A stretch of 64,000 bases of DNA from Burkholderiales bacterium (GCA_038210095.1 JBBQXA010000001.1:6732-70731); one strand, 5' to 3'; shown: positions 48,675 to 61,086, counted from the stretch's first letter. Program-made: numbers and translations. Notes: a model not told the origin generated them from the sequence alone.

Positions 48675-50568
48675 GCTCCACCACCTCCTTGTCCGACAAG
48701 TCGGGCAACGGCTGCGGCACCTTGCCCAGCAGATAATAATCCATTACCTTGCGTCCAATCGGTGCGGCCGTGCTGCCGCCATGCCCGCCATTTTCGGCCA
48801 GCACCACCAGCGCAATCTTCGGTTTGTCCGCAGGAGCAAAAGCGATGAACCATGCGTGATCTCGATTGCGCTCGGCAATCTGACTCTCTACGTAAGTCGC
48901 ACCCTGCTTGATCCCCACAACCTGTGCCGTGCCGGTCTTTCCTGCAATCTGATATGGAGCGCCCAGCGAGGCCTGCACGGCCGTTCCGCCGGGCTGAGTG
49001 ACCGCAATCATGGCGCGCTTCACCAGATCGTAATCTGCCGGATCAATATTAAGGTCGCGTTCCGGTTTACTTTCGATAACGCGACTTTCGCCATCACGAG
49101 CGCTGCGTACTTCGCGCACCAGGTGGGGCCGATACGCCACACCACTGTTCGCCAGTGTTGCCACCGCGTAAGCCAGCTGCATCGGAGTGACCAGATTGTA
49201 GCCCTGCCCGATTCCCACCGACACGGTGTCACCCGCGTACCACTTCTGCTGGTAGCGTTTCCTTTTCCATTCCTGCGAGGGCAGCAGGCCGGAGGTCTCG
49301 CCTTCCAGATCAATGCCGGTTTTCTTGCCGAAACCGAAGCCCGACAAGTACTCAAAAATATTGTCGATACCCAGTTCAGTCGCCAGCCCGTAGTAATAGG
49401 TATCGCAGGACACCACGATGGACTTGAACATATCCACCGTTCCGTGCCCGCCTTTCTTCCAATCGCGATACTGGTGGCTACTTCCTTGCAAGGTGAAGTA
49501 GCCGGGATCACTGATGCCGTAACTGGGAGAGCGCACCTTGTAGTGCAAGCCCGCCAGCGCCATGAAGGGCTTGATGGTTGAGCCCGGTGGGTACTGACCA
49601 CGCAAGGCACGATTATTGAGAGGCGTATCCGGCGAATTATTCAACTCATCCCAACTCTGGGTATCAATGCCATCGATGAATAAGCTGGGGTCATATCCCG
49701 GCTTGCTGACAAAGGCGAGCACCTCGCCGTTATTCGGGTCGATAGCCACCAGTGCCCCGCGATAATTGCCGAACGCCTGCATCGCAATCTCCTGCAGTTT
49801 TGCATCTATGCTCAACACCAGCGTATTGCCGGAGGAGGGTGGTGTGCGCGACAGGACACGCACCCCGCGTCCGCTTGAATTTACCTCCACTTGCTCAACG
49901 CCGGTCTTGCCGTGCAGTTCGCTTTCATAGCTCTGCTCTAGGCCGGTCTTACCGATATAGTCAGAGCCTCGATAGTTGGCCGCCAGTTCATTTTCTTCAA
50001 GTTGCTCTACATCCGTCTGGTTGATGCGCCCGATATAACCGATCAGGTGGGCAGTGCCTTCACCATAAGGATAATCCCGGAACAGACGCGCCTTGATTTC
50101 TACGCCGGGGAAGCGGTATTGCTGCGCGGCAAAACGCGCAACCTCCTCGTCGCTGAGGCGATTGCGTATCATCAGACTCTCGAAATTGCGTCGCTCTGCC
50201 AACAGCTTCCTGAAACGTTTGCGATCACGTGGTGTGATGTCTACTAGGGTTGCCAACTCGTTAATCGTAGCTTCCAGCCCCGCGGTCTTGCTCGGCGTTA
50301 TTTCCAGCGTATAGCCGGAATAGTTATGCGCCAGCACATCGCCATTCCGATCCATGATCAAACCGCGATTCGGCACAATAGGGACGACGGAAATACGATT
50401 GCTTTCGGCCAAGGTCTGATAATAATCGTGACGCACCACTTGCAGATAGATGAAACGCGCCAGCAGTATCAACATCAATATCAACACGAAGCCGATACCG
50501 ATAGCCAGGCGCAACCTGAAATAGAATATCTCGCGCTGGTGATTCTTTATTTCAACGGACTTGTTCAT
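48667..50568 (-). CDS. mrdA: Penicillin-binding protein 2
   Basis: RGLIMDRNG, PPGSTIKP (SxxK), SCD, KTG. Confidence 0.96.
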   Translation of the reverse strand: MNKSVEIKNHQREIFYFRLRLAIGIGFVLILMLILLARFIYLQVVRHDYYQTLAESNRISVVPIVPNRGLIMDRNGDVLAHNYSGYTLEITPSKTAGLEATINELATLVDITPRDRKRFRKLLAERRNFESLMIRNRLSDEEVARFAAQQYRFPGVEIKARLFRDYPYGEGTAHLIGYIGRINQTDVEQLEENELAANYRGSDYIGKTGLEQSYESELHGKTGVEQVEVNSSGRGVRVLSRTPPSSGNTLVLSIDAKLQEIAMQAFGNYRGALVAIDPNNGEVLAFVSKPGYDPSLFIDGIDTQSWDELNNSPDTPLNNRALRGQYPPGSTIKPFMALAGLHYKVRSPSYGISDPGYFTLQGSSHQYRDWKKGGHGTVDMFKSIVVSCDTYYYGLATELGIDNIFEYLSGFGFGKKTGIDLEGETSGLLPSQEWKRKRYQQKWYAGDTVSVGIGQGYNLVTPMQLAYAVATLANSGVAYRPHLVREVRSARDGESRVIESKPERDLNIDPADYDLVKRAMIAVTQPGGTAVQASLGAPYQIAGKTGTAQVVGIKQGATYVESQIAERNRDHAWFIAFAPADKPKIALVVLAENGGHGGSTAAPIGRKVMDYYLLGKVPQPLPDLSDKEVVEHD

Positions 50569-51077
50569 TCATGATCCATGCGAGCCTGTCGCTTCGCCTG
50601 AAACACGATACTGAGTGGCGCCCACAGCAATGTAGAAGTCAAACAACCGATAAAATACGACCACACCATGGCCCCGTTTACCTGCCAGTTCACCAGCGCA
50701 TACACGCAGTAGGTCATCGCAAAAATGCCCAACACCTGAACGGTCTGCTGGCGCAAGTCAAACATTTGCAAACGTCGATGCAACACCACACCACCGAAAG
50801 CCAACAGGGTATAGGCCAAGGCATGTTGGCCGAACAAACTGGAATCGGCCACATCGGCCACCATGCCGACCAGCCAGGATAGGCCGATGCCAAGCCTCAG
50901 GGGATTGTGAGTACACCAGTAGAGCAGAACAACGGCGACGAAATCGGGGCGTAGTACCAGCCAAACACCTTCCCATGGCAAGGCATTCAGGAATAACGCC
51001 ATCAGCACCGTCAAGACGATAAAAACATTGCTGACCGGACGCCGAAGCTCAGGCCCGTTGGAAGCAGGATACGGCAT
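50565..51077 (-). CDS. mreD: Rod shape-determining protein MreD
   Basis: RPDFVAVVLLYW, GQHALAY; position in the mre operon. Confidence 0.93.
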   Translation of the reverse strand: MPYPASNGPELRRPVSNVFIVLTVLMALFLNALPWEGVWLVLRPDFVAVVLLYWCTHNPLRLGIGLSWLVGMVADVADSSLFGQHALAYTLLAFGGVVLHRRLQMFDLRQQTVQVLGIFAMTYCVYALVNWQVNGAMVWSYFIGCLTSTLLWAPLSIVFQAKRQARMDHE

Positions 51078-51985
51078 TAGTTAGGCGCCCCCATATTTGT
51101 AGCCTTGCCACCACCTTCCGGCGTGACTTCTTCTGGCAGAGCCGCCGAAATGGGAGGAGCGGACAAGATCAGCAGGTGCCGATTACTGTCCACACCCGCC
51201 AGCGGCAAACAGGTGATGCGTGCAAACGGATACGCTGCATCACGCTCTATCCTGACCACCTTGGCAACCGGAATACCCGGCGGATAAACTCCGTCAATAC
51301 CGGAAGTGACTAGCACATCCCCATTCTGGATATCCGAACTGATAGGCATGTAGCGCAAGGACAACTTACTGGTGTCGCCGGCGCCAAACACGATGGTACG
51401 CAGACCGTTACGCACCAGTTGCACCGGCACCGCATGATCCCGCTCGGTGATCAGCGTAACCTCGGCCAGCCAGGGATACACGCGCGTAACCTGCCCGACA
51501 ACACCGGCATCATCAATCACCACCTGACCGGCTTTTATCAGGGCATTTTCACCCTTGTTAATCAGCAGGGTGCGTCTGAACACATCACGCTCTGCGTAGA
51601 CAATCTCGGCAGTGATGGCAGAAAAGTCGGATCGCATCGGCAATTCAAGCAATTTTCGCAATTGCCGATTTTCTTGCTGCAACGAACTCATCTGCGAAAG
51701 TTGTGCGGCATCGTATTCATGACGCTGGCGCAAAGCATAACTCTCTTCCACCAGACTACTCTGGGTAACGAAGAAACTTCCGGCTTGGTGCCATAACCTA
51801 CCTGGCTGTGTCGCTATCTCCTGAATCGGCGCAACCAGTACAGACAACACATTTCGTGCAGATTCCAGATAGCGGAACCGTGCGTCGACAACCATCAGCA
51901 GCAGGGAAAGCACGACGAAGAAAACCAGCCGCGCCGCTGGAGAGGGGCCGCGATTGAAAATTTGAAAGGACTGCGTGCTATCCAT
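51077..51985 (-). CDS. mreC: Rod shape-determining protein MreC
   Basis: ENRQLRKLL, GVVGQV, VTSGIDGVYPPGIPVA. Confidence 0.95.
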   Translation of the reverse strand: MDSTQSFQIFNRGPSPAARLVFFVVLSLLLMVVDARFRYLESARNVLSVLVAPIQEIATQPGRLWHQAGSFFVTQSSLVEESYALRQRHEYDAAQLSQMSSLQQENRQLRKLLELPMRSDFSAITAEIVYAERDVFRRTLLINKGENALIKAGQVVIDDAGVVGQVTRVYPWLAEVTLITERDHAVPVQLVRNGLRTIVFGAGDTSKLSLRYMPISSDIQNGDVLVTSGIDGVYPPGIPVAKVVRIERDAAYPFARITCLPLAGVDSNRHLLILSAPPISAALPEEVTPEGGGKATNMGAPN

Positions 51986-52003
51986 CTATCTTGGGAGGTA
52001 GGG

Positions 52004-52071
52004 AGTGAAAAGTGGCAAGTAGCAATGGGGAGCGGGCATTCCCACCGATCACTCCCCACTTACCACTAACC
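52004..52071. repeat. Degenerate heptamer repeats in inverted arrangement
   Basis: AGTGAAA-AGTGGCA-AGTAGCA-ATGGGGA ... ACTCCCC-ACTTACC-ACTAACC between mreB and mreC. Confidence 0.6.
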
Positions 52072-52077
52072 AGATAC

Positions 52078-53184
<1,107 letters not shown>

Positions 53185-53215
53185 CTATTGGCCTTGTCTC
53201 AATAAAGCTTTTGCC

Positions 53216-53503
53216 ATGTCTTTAACCACTTCTGATGTAGAAAAAGTCGCCCGCCTCGCCCGTTTGGCTATGAATGAAGCCGAAATCGAGGCTGCGCGCA
53301 CGCAATTGTCCGGTATTTTTACCCTTATTGCCGAAATGCAGGCGGTGGATACCGCCGGCATCACGCCGATGTCGCATGCTCAGGATGTCGCCCAGCGACT
53401 GCGTGCCGACAGCGTTACCGCCATCAATCAGCGCGAGGCATTTCAGGCCGCCGCTCCGCAAGTCGAGGACGGTCTTTACCTCGTTCCCAAGGTCATCGAA
53501 TAA
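53216..53503 (+). CDS. gatC: Asp/Glu-tRNA amidotransferase subunit C
   Basis: VARLARL, LRAD, YLVPKVIE; start at MSLTTSD. Confidence 0.95.
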   Translation: MSLTTSDVEKVARLARLAMNEAEIEAARTQLSGIFTLIAEMQAVDTAGITPMSHAQDVAQRLRADSVTAINQREAFQAAAPQVEDGLYLVPKVIE

Positions 53504-53506
53504 GCC

Positions 53507-54961
53507 ATGTTTGAATCCAGTTTGCAGCAAATAGGCGACGCACTGCGCGCCAAAAAAATTTCTAGCGTCGAGCTGACCCAGCTCTACCTCGATCGCATCG
53601 CTCAACAAAATCCGCAGCTCAATGCCTACATCACGGTCAACCCCGATATGTCGCTGGCGCAGGCGCGCGCTGCGGATGAACGCATCGCCGCAGGCAAGGC
53701 CGACGCGTTGACCGGCATTCCCGTCGCCCAGAAAGACATTTTCTGCGCGAAAGGCTGGCTCACCACTTGCGGCTCGAAGATGCTGCACAACTTCGTGTCG
53801 CCTTACGATGCGCATGTGATCGAGCAATTCAACCATGCGGGCGCGGTCAATCTAGGCAAGCTGAATATGGACGAGTTCGCGATGGGCTCGTCCAATGAAA
53901 CGTCTCATTACGGCGCGGTGAGAAATCCTTGGGACATCACCCGCGTACCGGGCGGTAGTTCCGGTGGCTCAGCCGCCGCAGTCGCGGCCCGTTTATGCGC
54001 GGCCGCAACGGGCACTGACACCGGCGGTTCTATCCGCCAACCCGCTTCGCTGTGCGGCATCTCCGGCCTAAAACCAACCTATGGCGTGGTATCCCGTTAC
54101 GGCATGATCGCTTACGCCTCCAGTCTGGATCAGGGCGGCCCCATGGCACACAGCGCGGAAGATTTGGCACTGCTACTGAATACCATGGCCGGTTATGACG
54201 AGCGCGATTCCACCAGCTTGCAGCGCGACAAGGAAGATTACACCCGCGACCTAAATCAGCCGTTAGCCGGTTTGCGCATCGGCCTGCCCAAGGAGTTCTT
54301 TGCCGAGGGTTTGAGCAACGATGTCGCGACATCGGTGCAAGCAGCTATTGCCGAGTACCAGAAGTTGGGCGCCAGCGTAGTTGACGTCAGCTTGCCGAAT
54401 TCAAAACTGTCCGTGCCGGTGTATTACGTGTTGGCCTCGGCAGAAGCGTCCAGCAATCTGTCACGCTTCGACGGCGTGCGTTACGGCTATCGCGCTCCAG
54501 AATACGGCGATCTCGCCGACATGTACGAGAAGAGCCGTTCGCAGGGCTTCGGCGCGGAAGTGAAGCGCCGCATCATGATAGGCACTTACGTGCTGTCGCA
54601 CGGTTATTACGATGCCTACTATTTGCAGGCGCAGAAGATACGCCGTCTGATCGCGCAGGACTTCACTGCAGCCTATCAGCAGTGCGATATCATCATGGGC
54701 CCTGCCTCGCCGACCACCGCGTTCAAACTCGGCGAGAAAGGCGATGATCCGGTACAGATGTATCTATCCGACATCTACACGCTGGCGATCAACCTCGCCG
54801 GCCTGCCCGGCATGTCCATCCCCTGCGGCTTTGGCGAGAACGATATGCCGGTGGGACTGCAAATCATCGGCAATTATTTCGACGAGGCGCGCATGCTGAA
54901 CATCGCGCACCAATATCAACTGGCGACCGACTGGCACAGTCGTGCGCCGTCCGGTTTTTAA
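53507..54961 (+). CDS. gatA: Asp/Glu-tRNA amidotransferase subunit A
   Basis: [21 protein letters not shown] amidase signature, RFDGVRYG. Confidence 0.97.
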   Translation: MFESSLQQIGDALRAKKISSVELTQLYLDRIAQQNPQLNAYITVNPDMSLAQARAADERIAAGKADALTGIPVAQKDIFCAKGWLTTCGSKMLHNFVSPYDAHVIEQFNHAGAVNLGKLNMDEFAMGSSNETSHYGAVRNPWDITRVPGGSSGGSAAAVAARLCAAATGTDTGGSIRQPASLCGISGLKPTYGVVSRYGMIAYASSLDQGGPMAHSAEDLALLLNTMAGYDERDSTSLQRDKEDYTRDLNQPLAGLRIGLPKEFFAEGLSNDVATSVQAAIAEYQKLGASVVDVSLPNSKLSVPVYYVLASAEASSNLSRFDGVRYGYRAPEYGDLADMYEKSRSQGFGAEVKRRIMIGTYVLSHGYYDAYYLQAQKIRRLIAQDFTAAYQQCDIIMGPASPTTAFKLGEKGDDPVQMYLSDIYTLAINLAGLPGMSIPCGFGENDMPVGLQIIGNYFDEARMLNIAHQYQLATDWHSRAPSGF

Positions 54962-54985
54962 AATCGGGGATCGCAAGGAAATAAT

Positions 54986-56437
54986 ATGAGCTGGGAAATT
55001 GTCATCGGGCTGGAAATACACACGCAGCTTTCGACCAACACAAAAATCTTCTCCGGTGCCTCGACGGCATATGGTGCTGAACCGAATACACAGGCCGATG
55101 CGGTGAGCATTGCGCTGCCCGGCGTGTTGCCGGTGTTGAACAAGGGCGCAGTCGAACGCGCGATCAAGTTTGGCCTCGCCACCGGTTCGCATATCGCACA
55201 GCGTTCGGTATTCGCGCGCAAGAATTACTTCTATCCCGACCTACCCAAGGGCTACCAGATCAGTCAATTCGATCTTCCCGTGGTTGGACAGGGCGCGCTG
55301 ACCATACAAGTCGAGCCCCTGTCGGGAAATGCAAAGCCCTATGAAAAGACTGTGCGCATCACTCGCGCCCATCTGGAAGAAGACGCGGGTAAATCGCTGC
55401 ACGGCGATTACCATGGCATGACCGGCATCGATCTGAATCGCGCCGGCACACCCCTGCTGGAAATTGTGTCTGAGCCCGACATGTGTTCTGCCGCAGAAGC
55501 AGTGGCTTATGCCAAAGCGATGCACGCACTGGTACGCTGGATTGGCATCTGCGATGGCAACATGCAGGAAGGCTCGTTCCGCTGCGACGTAAATGTGTCG
55601 GTACGCAAACCCGGCGAGCCGCTGGGTACGCGCCGCGAGATCAAAAACTTGAACTCGTTCAAGTTCATGCAGCAAGCCATTGACTACGAAGTGCAGTGGC
55701 AGATCGATACAATAGAGAACGGCGGCACGATTCAACAGGCCACCATCTTGTTCAACCCGGATACCGGCGAGACACGGGCGATGCGCAGCAAGGAAGACGC
55801 GCACGACTATCGTTATTTCCCCGATCCCGACCTGTTACCGCTGGAGATTTCATCCGAGTGGATAGAGGCAATCCGCACGACATTGCCGGAACTGCCGCAG
55901 GCCAAACAGGCTCGCTATGTAAACGACCTCGGCCTGTCCGCCTACGATGCCTGCATCCTCACCGCGTCGCGCGAAATGGCAGACTTTTTTGAAACCGCAT
56001 TATCTGCCGTCCCCGAAGATGCCAAGCTCTGCGCCAACTGGATCATGGGCGAGGTCAATGCTCAACTGAACCGTGATGGACTGGATATGGCGCAGTGCCC
56101 GATCAGTGCACCGCAACTGGGTGGCATGCTGGCGCGCATTGTCGATGGCACGATCTCCAATTCCGGCGCGAAAGAAGTGTTCCGCAGCATGTGGGCGGAG
56201 GGTGGCGATGCCGATGCGATCATCGAAGCAAAGGGATTGAAGCAGGTTTCAGACAGCGGAGCAATCGAGGCACTGGTAGACGAGATTATCGCGGCCAATG
56301 CAGAAAAGGTCGCGGAATACCGCAGCGGCAAAGACAAGTTGTTCGGCTTCTTCGTCGGTCTATCCATGAAAGCCAGCAAGGGAAAAGCCAACCCGGCCCA
56401 GTTGAACGAAGTGCTGAAGAAAAAACTGGCCGGTTAA
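54986..56437 (+). CDS. gatB: Asp/Glu-tRNA amidotransferase subunit B
   Basis: [41 protein letters not shown]. Confidence 0.98.
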   Translation: MSWEIVIGLEIHTQLSTNTKIFSGASTAYGAEPNTQADAVSIALPGVLPVLNKGAVERAIKFGLATGSHIAQRSVFARKNYFYPDLPKGYQISQFDLPVVGQGALTIQVEPLSGNAKPYEKTVRITRAHLEEDAGKSLHGDYHGMTGIDLNRAGTPLLEIVSEPDMCSAAEAVAYAKAMHALVRWIGICDGNMQEGSFRCDVNVSVRKPGEPLGTRREIKNLNSFKFMQQAIDYEVQWQIDTIENGGTIQQATILFNPDTGETRAMRSKEDAHDYRYFPDPDLLPLEISSEWIEAIRTTLPELPQAKQARYVNDLGLSAYDACILTASREMADFFETALSAVPEDAKLCANWIMGEVNAQLNRDGLDMAQCPISAPQLGGMLARIVDGTISNSGAKEVFRSMWAEGGDADAIIEAKGLKQVSDSGAIEALVDEIIAANAEKVAEYRSGKDKLFGFFVGLSMKASKGKANPAQLNEVLKKKLAG

Positions 56438-56518
56438 ACCGGCCAGAAGAGGGAACTCATTAATGCGGGAGCGCCGCGCAACGCCCCAATCAAATCGCGC
56501 AGTAGGTTTGCGCGGTGA

Positions 56519-56905
56519 CTAGTTGTTTTTGGCGCCCTGCTTCACCCACTTCTTCAGCACCGCAATCTTGTCCTTGGCCAAGCCGCCGTTCATGCCGTAT
56601 GGCATCTTTATCGAGGCATGTACCCGACCCTCGATAACCTGAATCAGGATGCTGGTAAAGCTGTCACCCGGCTTAACGATAGGTCCAAACTTGGTGCCCT
56701 TCATCAGGCTGTCGTAACTGCTCATATCCAGCCCGCTGGCCTCAAAACCTTTGCCGCCCGGCTCATGACAACTCTGACAATAGTCATGAATAATCGGGGT
56801 GACATCCTTCTTGTAACTAACCTCGGGCTGTTTAGACGCCGCGATTGCCAATGAGGAAACCGTCAACGCCGCAGCCATCGCGACACACTGTATTATTTTC
56901 ATCAT
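56519..56905 (-). CDS. Periplasmic monoheme cytochrome c (Planctomycete-type domain-like)
   Basis: Signal peptide, DVTPII..CQSCH, VKPGD, KMP, WVKQGA; last gene of the pet operon. Confidence 0.82.
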   Translation of the reverse strand: MMKIIQCVAMAAALTVSSLAIAASKQPEVSYKKDVTPIIHDYCQSCHEPGGKGFEASGLDMSSYDSLMKGTKFGPIVKPGDSFTSILIQVIEGRVHASIKMPYGMNGGLAKDKIAVLKKWVKQGAKNN

Positions 56906-56918
56906 GCGCTCCTTTGGT

Positions 56919-57560
56919 TTAATCCAGCTTGGCCCAGACCTGCTTCTTGACGAAATACAGCAACAGCGTCAACACAAACAAATAGCCAAGCACATAATAG
57001 CCCAACGTTTTACGCTCCTGCTCATGCGGGTCGGCCGCCCACGCGAGGAATGACACAATATCGCGTGCACGATTCCGAATTTCGGATTTCTGTGCCGCAT
57101 CTTCTGTGCTGCTCATACCCAAAATGTCCGGCATCTTGGTCGCGGGATAATAATGATTACCCGTCTCGCCATCTGGCTTGGCGTAATACCCCAGCAGATA
57201 TGAATAGACATAGTCCGACCCGCCCTCGCGCGCTTTCGTCATCAGACTCAGATCGGGAGGTGCCTTGCCGTAGGAGGCGATGGCATCCTCTTCCGACATC
57301 TGCGCCTTCAGTGGTGCATCCAGTGGCGTATCACCACGCCATTCATCCACCTTTTGTTTGTCGATGCCGAGCGCAACCAGATCGCGGAACTTGATGTACT
57401 TCATACTGTGGCATGAATTACAGTCCGCCATCACGGCCTCCACCCCGCGCTCGACCGTAGGCACATCAACGCCCACCGCGGCCTTTTCCAGCGCCACCTC
57501 TGAAGCCAGCGCCGTGCTAGCAAAGCAGCACGAGGCCAACAATGTCACTAGCTTATTCAT
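56919..57560 (-). CDS. petC: Cytochrome c1
   Basis: CNSCHS, PPDLSLM.KAR, KMP, FLAWAADP, C-terminal TM helix. Confidence 0.92.
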   Translation of the reverse strand: MNKLVTLLASCCFASTALASEVALEKAAVGVDVPTVERGVEAVMADCNSCHSMKYIKFRDLVALGIDKQKVDEWRGDTPLDAPLKAQMSEEDAIASYGKAPPDLSLMTKAREGGSDYVYSYLLGYYAKPDGETGNHYYPATKMPDILGMSSTEDAAQKSEIRNRARDIVSFLAWAADPHEQERKTLGYYVLGYLFVLTLLLYFVKKQVWAKLD

Positions 57561-58813
57561 GCTGTCTCTCCCTTGCCGCGACGCTTCTGATATTTTTTTA
57601 TTTCATGGGCTTCGCTCTCGATCAATGCCTGCACCACTGGCGGCAAACCGCGTTTGACCAACCAACGCTCTTCCGATTTTGATATGAAAGGAAGTAGCAA
57701 GAAGAGGACAAAGTAGAACAGCGTTGCAACCTGACCTATCACGATGGATGAATCGGTTGGCGGGATATAACCAACATAACCCAGTATCACCATGTCGATC
57801 GCGAACACATAGAACAGCCCCCGATAGACCGGACGATAGCGCGCGCCGCCCGGAATCCGGGAACGATCCAGATAGGGCATAAAAGCGAAGATCATCACCG
57901 ACAGACCCATCGCCACCACACCGCCGACCATACTGGGGACCGAACGCAAAATCGCGTAGAAGGGCAGGAAATACCATTCCGGAACAATGTGATTGGGCGT
58001 CACCATCGGATTCGCCGGAATATTATTGGCCGGCTCGATCAAACTGTTCGGCAGGAAGAACACGAAGATGCAGTACAAGATCAGAAACAGACCCAGGCCG
58101 TACAAATCCTTGGCCGTAAAGTACGGGTGGAAAGGAATGTTGTCTTTATGGGCCAGATCAATGCCGCTGGGGTTGCTACTCTTCACCGTGTGCAGTGCCA
58201 CCAGATGCACCACTACCGCACCGATGATCAGGAACGGAAACAAGTAGTGCAGCGCGAAGAATCGCGTCAGCGTCGCATCGCCCACGGTGTAATCGCCGCG
58301 CAGCCAGATGACAATCTGATCACCGAAAAAGGGCGTAGCTCGAAACAGGTTGGTGATGACCGTCGCGCCCCAAAATGACATCTGCCCCCAGGGCAACAGA
58401 TAACCCATGAATGCGGTCGCCATCAGCAACAACAACAAACCCTGTCCCGTCCACCACAACAACTCGCGCGGCTTGCGGTAGGAGCCGTAATACAACGTGC
58501 GCGCCATGTGAATGAAGATCACAAGGAAGAATGCCGACGCGCCGGTCGAATGCATATAGCGCAACAGCCAGCCGTAATTCACATCGCGCATGATGTGCTG
58601 GATGGAGTCGAACGACATCGCGATGTCGGCCTTGTAGTGCATTGCAAGAAAGATGCCGGTGGCGACCTGAAGCACCAGCACGAATCCGGCAAGAAAGCCA
58701 AAATTCCACCAGTAACTTAGGTTGCGCGGCGTAGGGTAACCCGTCAGTTCATGCTTGACGAAGCTGGTGAGTGGGAAGCGCTTATCTACCCATTGAATGA
58801 TGCGTCCTGGCAT
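57557..58813 (-). CDS. petB: Cytochrome b
   Basis: WWNFG, RYMHSTGAS, GYLLPWGQMSFWGATV, PEWY. Confidence 0.97.
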   Translation of the reverse strand: MPGRIIQWVDKRFPLTSFVKHELTGYPTPRNLSYWWNFGFLAGFVLVLQVATGIFLAMHYKADIAMSFDSIQHIMRDVNYGWLLRYMHSTGASAFFLVIFIHMARTLYYGSYRKPRELLWWTGQGLLLLLMATAFMGYLLPWGQMSFWGATVITNLFRATPFFGDQIVIWLRGDYTVGDATLTRFFALHYLFPFLIIGAVVVHLVALHTVKSSNPSGIDLAHKDNIPFHPYFTAKDLYGLGLFLILYCIFVFFLPNSLIEPANNIPANPMVTPNHIVPEWYFLPFYAILRSVPSMVGGVVAMGLSVMIFAFMPYLDRSRIPGGARYRPVYRGLFYVFAIDMVILGYVGYIPPTDSSIVIGQVATLFYFVLFLLLPFISKSEERWLVKRGLPPVVQALIESEAHEIKKYQKRRGKGETA

Positions 58814-58824
58814 GATGTATCCTC

Positions 58825-59340
58825 CTAGGCCTTGCCGATGACGATTTTATTTTCCGCAAGAAAGCGGTATGGAGGCACCTCAAGATTCCTTGGTGCCGGG
58901 CCGCGCAGGATGCGTCCGCTATCGTCATATTGACTGCCGTGACAATGGCAAATCCAGCCCGGGCCTTCTTTATTCGGCACGCAGCCCATGTGGGTGCAAA
59001 CGCCAATCACAACCAGCCACTCGGGTTTTTGCACACGTTCACTATCGGGCTGCGGATCTGGGCCACCATTGGATCCCTGTGCTGCGGCAATTTCCTCCTC
59101 GGTGCGACGCAGAATGAACACCGGCTTACCCTGCCATGCAACGGTACGCATTGCGCCCGGCGTAATATCGGTGAGATCGACTTCGGTCTCAGCCTTCGCC
59201 AGCACATCGGAGCTGGGATTCATGCTCGCAACAAACGGCACACAGGTCGCCGCCACGCCGGCACCACCCACTACGGACGTCAGCTTGATCAGAAAATTGC
59301 GCCGATCGCCGTCACTTACTTGCTCTTTCCCCATCTTCAA
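58825..59340 (-). CDS. petA: Rieske iron-sulfur protein of the bc1 complex
   Basis: Tat motif [26 protein letters not shown]. Confidence 0.95.
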   Translation of the reverse strand: MKMGKEQVSDGDRRNFLIKLTSVVGGAGVAATCVPFVASMNPSSDVLAKAETEVDLTDITPGAMRTVAWQGKPVFILRRTEEEIAAAQGSNGGPDPQPDSERVQKPEWLVVIGVCTHMGCVPNKEGPGWICHCHGSQYDDSGRILRGPAPRNLEVPPYRFLAENKIVIGKA

Positions 59341-59557
59341 GCCCCCTGGAAAATATTACCGTCTGCCAATTCAGCAGGGCATCCTACGCTTGTGGTGATA
59401 CCTATTACAATGAATATGAAGGGGTATACCCCGCCAAACCAAAGGGCTATAAGTACACTCTTTGGAAGTAGCCTGATGGCATTAGAGAGTGCTTTTGATT
59501 AGCTATCGCGGACGGGATTAAGAGAGTAGCGATGCGCGCTGGCACGGGCGATTGCTG

Positions 59558-60337
59558 CTAAAAATTTCGCGGTTTGTGGGGCGCATTCTTTAATAAACGG
59601 TCATACAGCCAGTTCGGCAGCAGCTTCAGCATGCGTCCGACCAAGCCCATCTGCCAGGGAATCACCGTCAGCGAACAACCCTGCGCAATAGCCCGCGCCA
59701 TCCGCTGTGCCGCGTCGTCGACCTCCAGGATAAACGGCATGGGATAAGGATTCACCTCGGTCATCGCCGTCTTGATGTAACCGGGACATATCGTTACGAC
59801 CCGTATGCCGGTACCGCGCAATTCCACACGCAAGGACTCCAGATAAGCAATCGCCGCCGCCTTGGAAGCCGAGTAGGCCCCCGCACCCGGCAAGCCACGG
59901 AATCCCGCCACACTGGCGATGCCGACCAGTGTATACACACCGCTCCCGCTTGCGGGAGAAAGGGCCGCCGCCCGCATCGCCGCGATGAACGGCTGGAAGG
60001 TTTTAACCATGCCCAGCACATTGATGTCCATCACCTGCTGAAACGCATCGACATCTTCGGAATATTCGGTGAGCGTGCCGCGACTCACCCCCGCATTGGC
60101 TATCACGATATCCGGCACACCGGCATGGGCCATGAAATCTGCCGCTGCAACGCGCACAGCCGCGGCATTGCGCACGTCCAATGTGTATGGGAATACTTTA
60201 CCGGGAAATTCTGCGGCGAGCGACGCCAGCAGTTCGCCGCGACGGGCAAAGGCGGCCACAGTCGCGCCGCGCTCAAGGTAATGACGTGCCAGAGCCAAAC
60301 CTATGCCGCCGGACGCGCCAGTGATGACTACTTTCAT
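59558..60337 (-). CDS. Short-chain dehydrogenase/reductase
   Basis: TGASGGIG, ANAG, YSASK, PGYI. Confidence 0.93.
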   Translation of the reverse strand: MKVVITGASGGIGLALARHYLERGATVAAFARRGELLASLAAEFPGKVFPYTLDVRNAAAVRVAAADFMAHAGVPDIVIANAGVSRGTLTEYSEDVDAFQQVMDINVLGMVKTFQPFIAAMRAAALSPASGSGVYTLVGIASVAGFRGLPGAGAYSASKAAAIAYLESLRVELRGTGIRVVTICPGYIKTAMTEVNPYPMPFILEVDDAAQRMARAIAQGCSLTVIPWQMGLVGRMLKLLPNWLYDRLLKNAPHKPRNF

Positions 60338-60341
60338 GAGC

Positions 60342-60436
60342 AGTTTGGAGTTGAGGAGTGAGAAGCGGAGATCGAGAAGTAAGTTAAAGGCGGAAAATAC
60401 TTCCCTCGACCCTCACTTCCTGCTCATCAATTCTGC
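60342..60436. repeat. Degenerate heptamer repeat tract
   Basis: AGTTGAG-GAGTGAG-AAGCGGA-GATCGAG ... CCCTCGA-CCCTCAC between dsbA and SDR. Confidence 0.5.
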
Positions 60437-60437
60437 C

Positions 60438-61061
60438 TTACCGCTTTCCGCCGCGCTCTTTGCGCACCTTGGTGACCACCTCATCCAGAACGCGAATCAT
60501 GTCATCGGGCTGCAGCCCGGTAATTACATATTTTCCGTCCACAACCAGTGTTGGCGTGCCATTGATACCGTAGCTGCGGATCATTTGCTTGGCACGCGTC
60601 ACCTTGCTGGACATCGTAAACGAGTTATAAGCCGCCGAAAATTGGGCTCCATCCACACCATGCTTCGAAACAAAATTGGCAATGGATGCCAGATCATACA
60701 ATTCCACATTGTTGACATGAATCGCACGGTAGATCTCGTCATCCAATTGCTTGAGCTTGCCCATGCTTTCGAGCGCGAAGTAGGTACGCGCGAGCGGCTC
60801 GGTCGAGTCGCGGAACATTACTGGAACATAGCCCAGCTCGACATCCGCGGGAAGCTTCTTCTCCCATGCGGCCATTTTCGGATGCAAATGAAAACAGTGC
60901 GAGCACTCGTAAAAGAAAAATTCCAGTACTTCTATTTTCTTGGTATTGGTCGGCTGCGGCTGGGCCAATGTTGTGTACTCTTTAGACACTTCACCCGAAC
61001 ACGCCGTGCTGCCAAAAACCAATGCCGCTGCCACAATCAGACTCTTGATGATATTTTCCAC
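60438..61061 (-). CDS. dsbA: Thiol:disulfide interchange protein DsbA
   Basis: EVLEFFFYECSHC, GTPTLVVDGKY; GTG start after AGGAG. Confidence 0.92.
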   Translation of the reverse strand: MENIIKSLIVAAALVFGSTACSGEVSKEYTTLAQPQPTNTKKIEVLEFFFYECSHCFHLHPKMAAWEKKLPADVELGYVPVMFRDSTEPLARTYFALESMGKLKQLDDEIYRAIHVNNVELYDLASIANFVSKHGVDGAQFSAAYNSFTMSSKVTRAKQMIRSYGINGTPTLVVDGKYVITGLQPDDMIRVLDEVVTKVRKERGGKR

Positions 61062-61086
61062 TTGTCTCTCCTTGTAAGGTTCGCGC

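Noticed and set aside
58825-60337. SDR as an Acidithiobacillus-like sdrA member of the pet operon
   Set aside because: The SDR fits the argS-SPOR-dsbA-SDR cluster and is separated from petA by about 217 nt.
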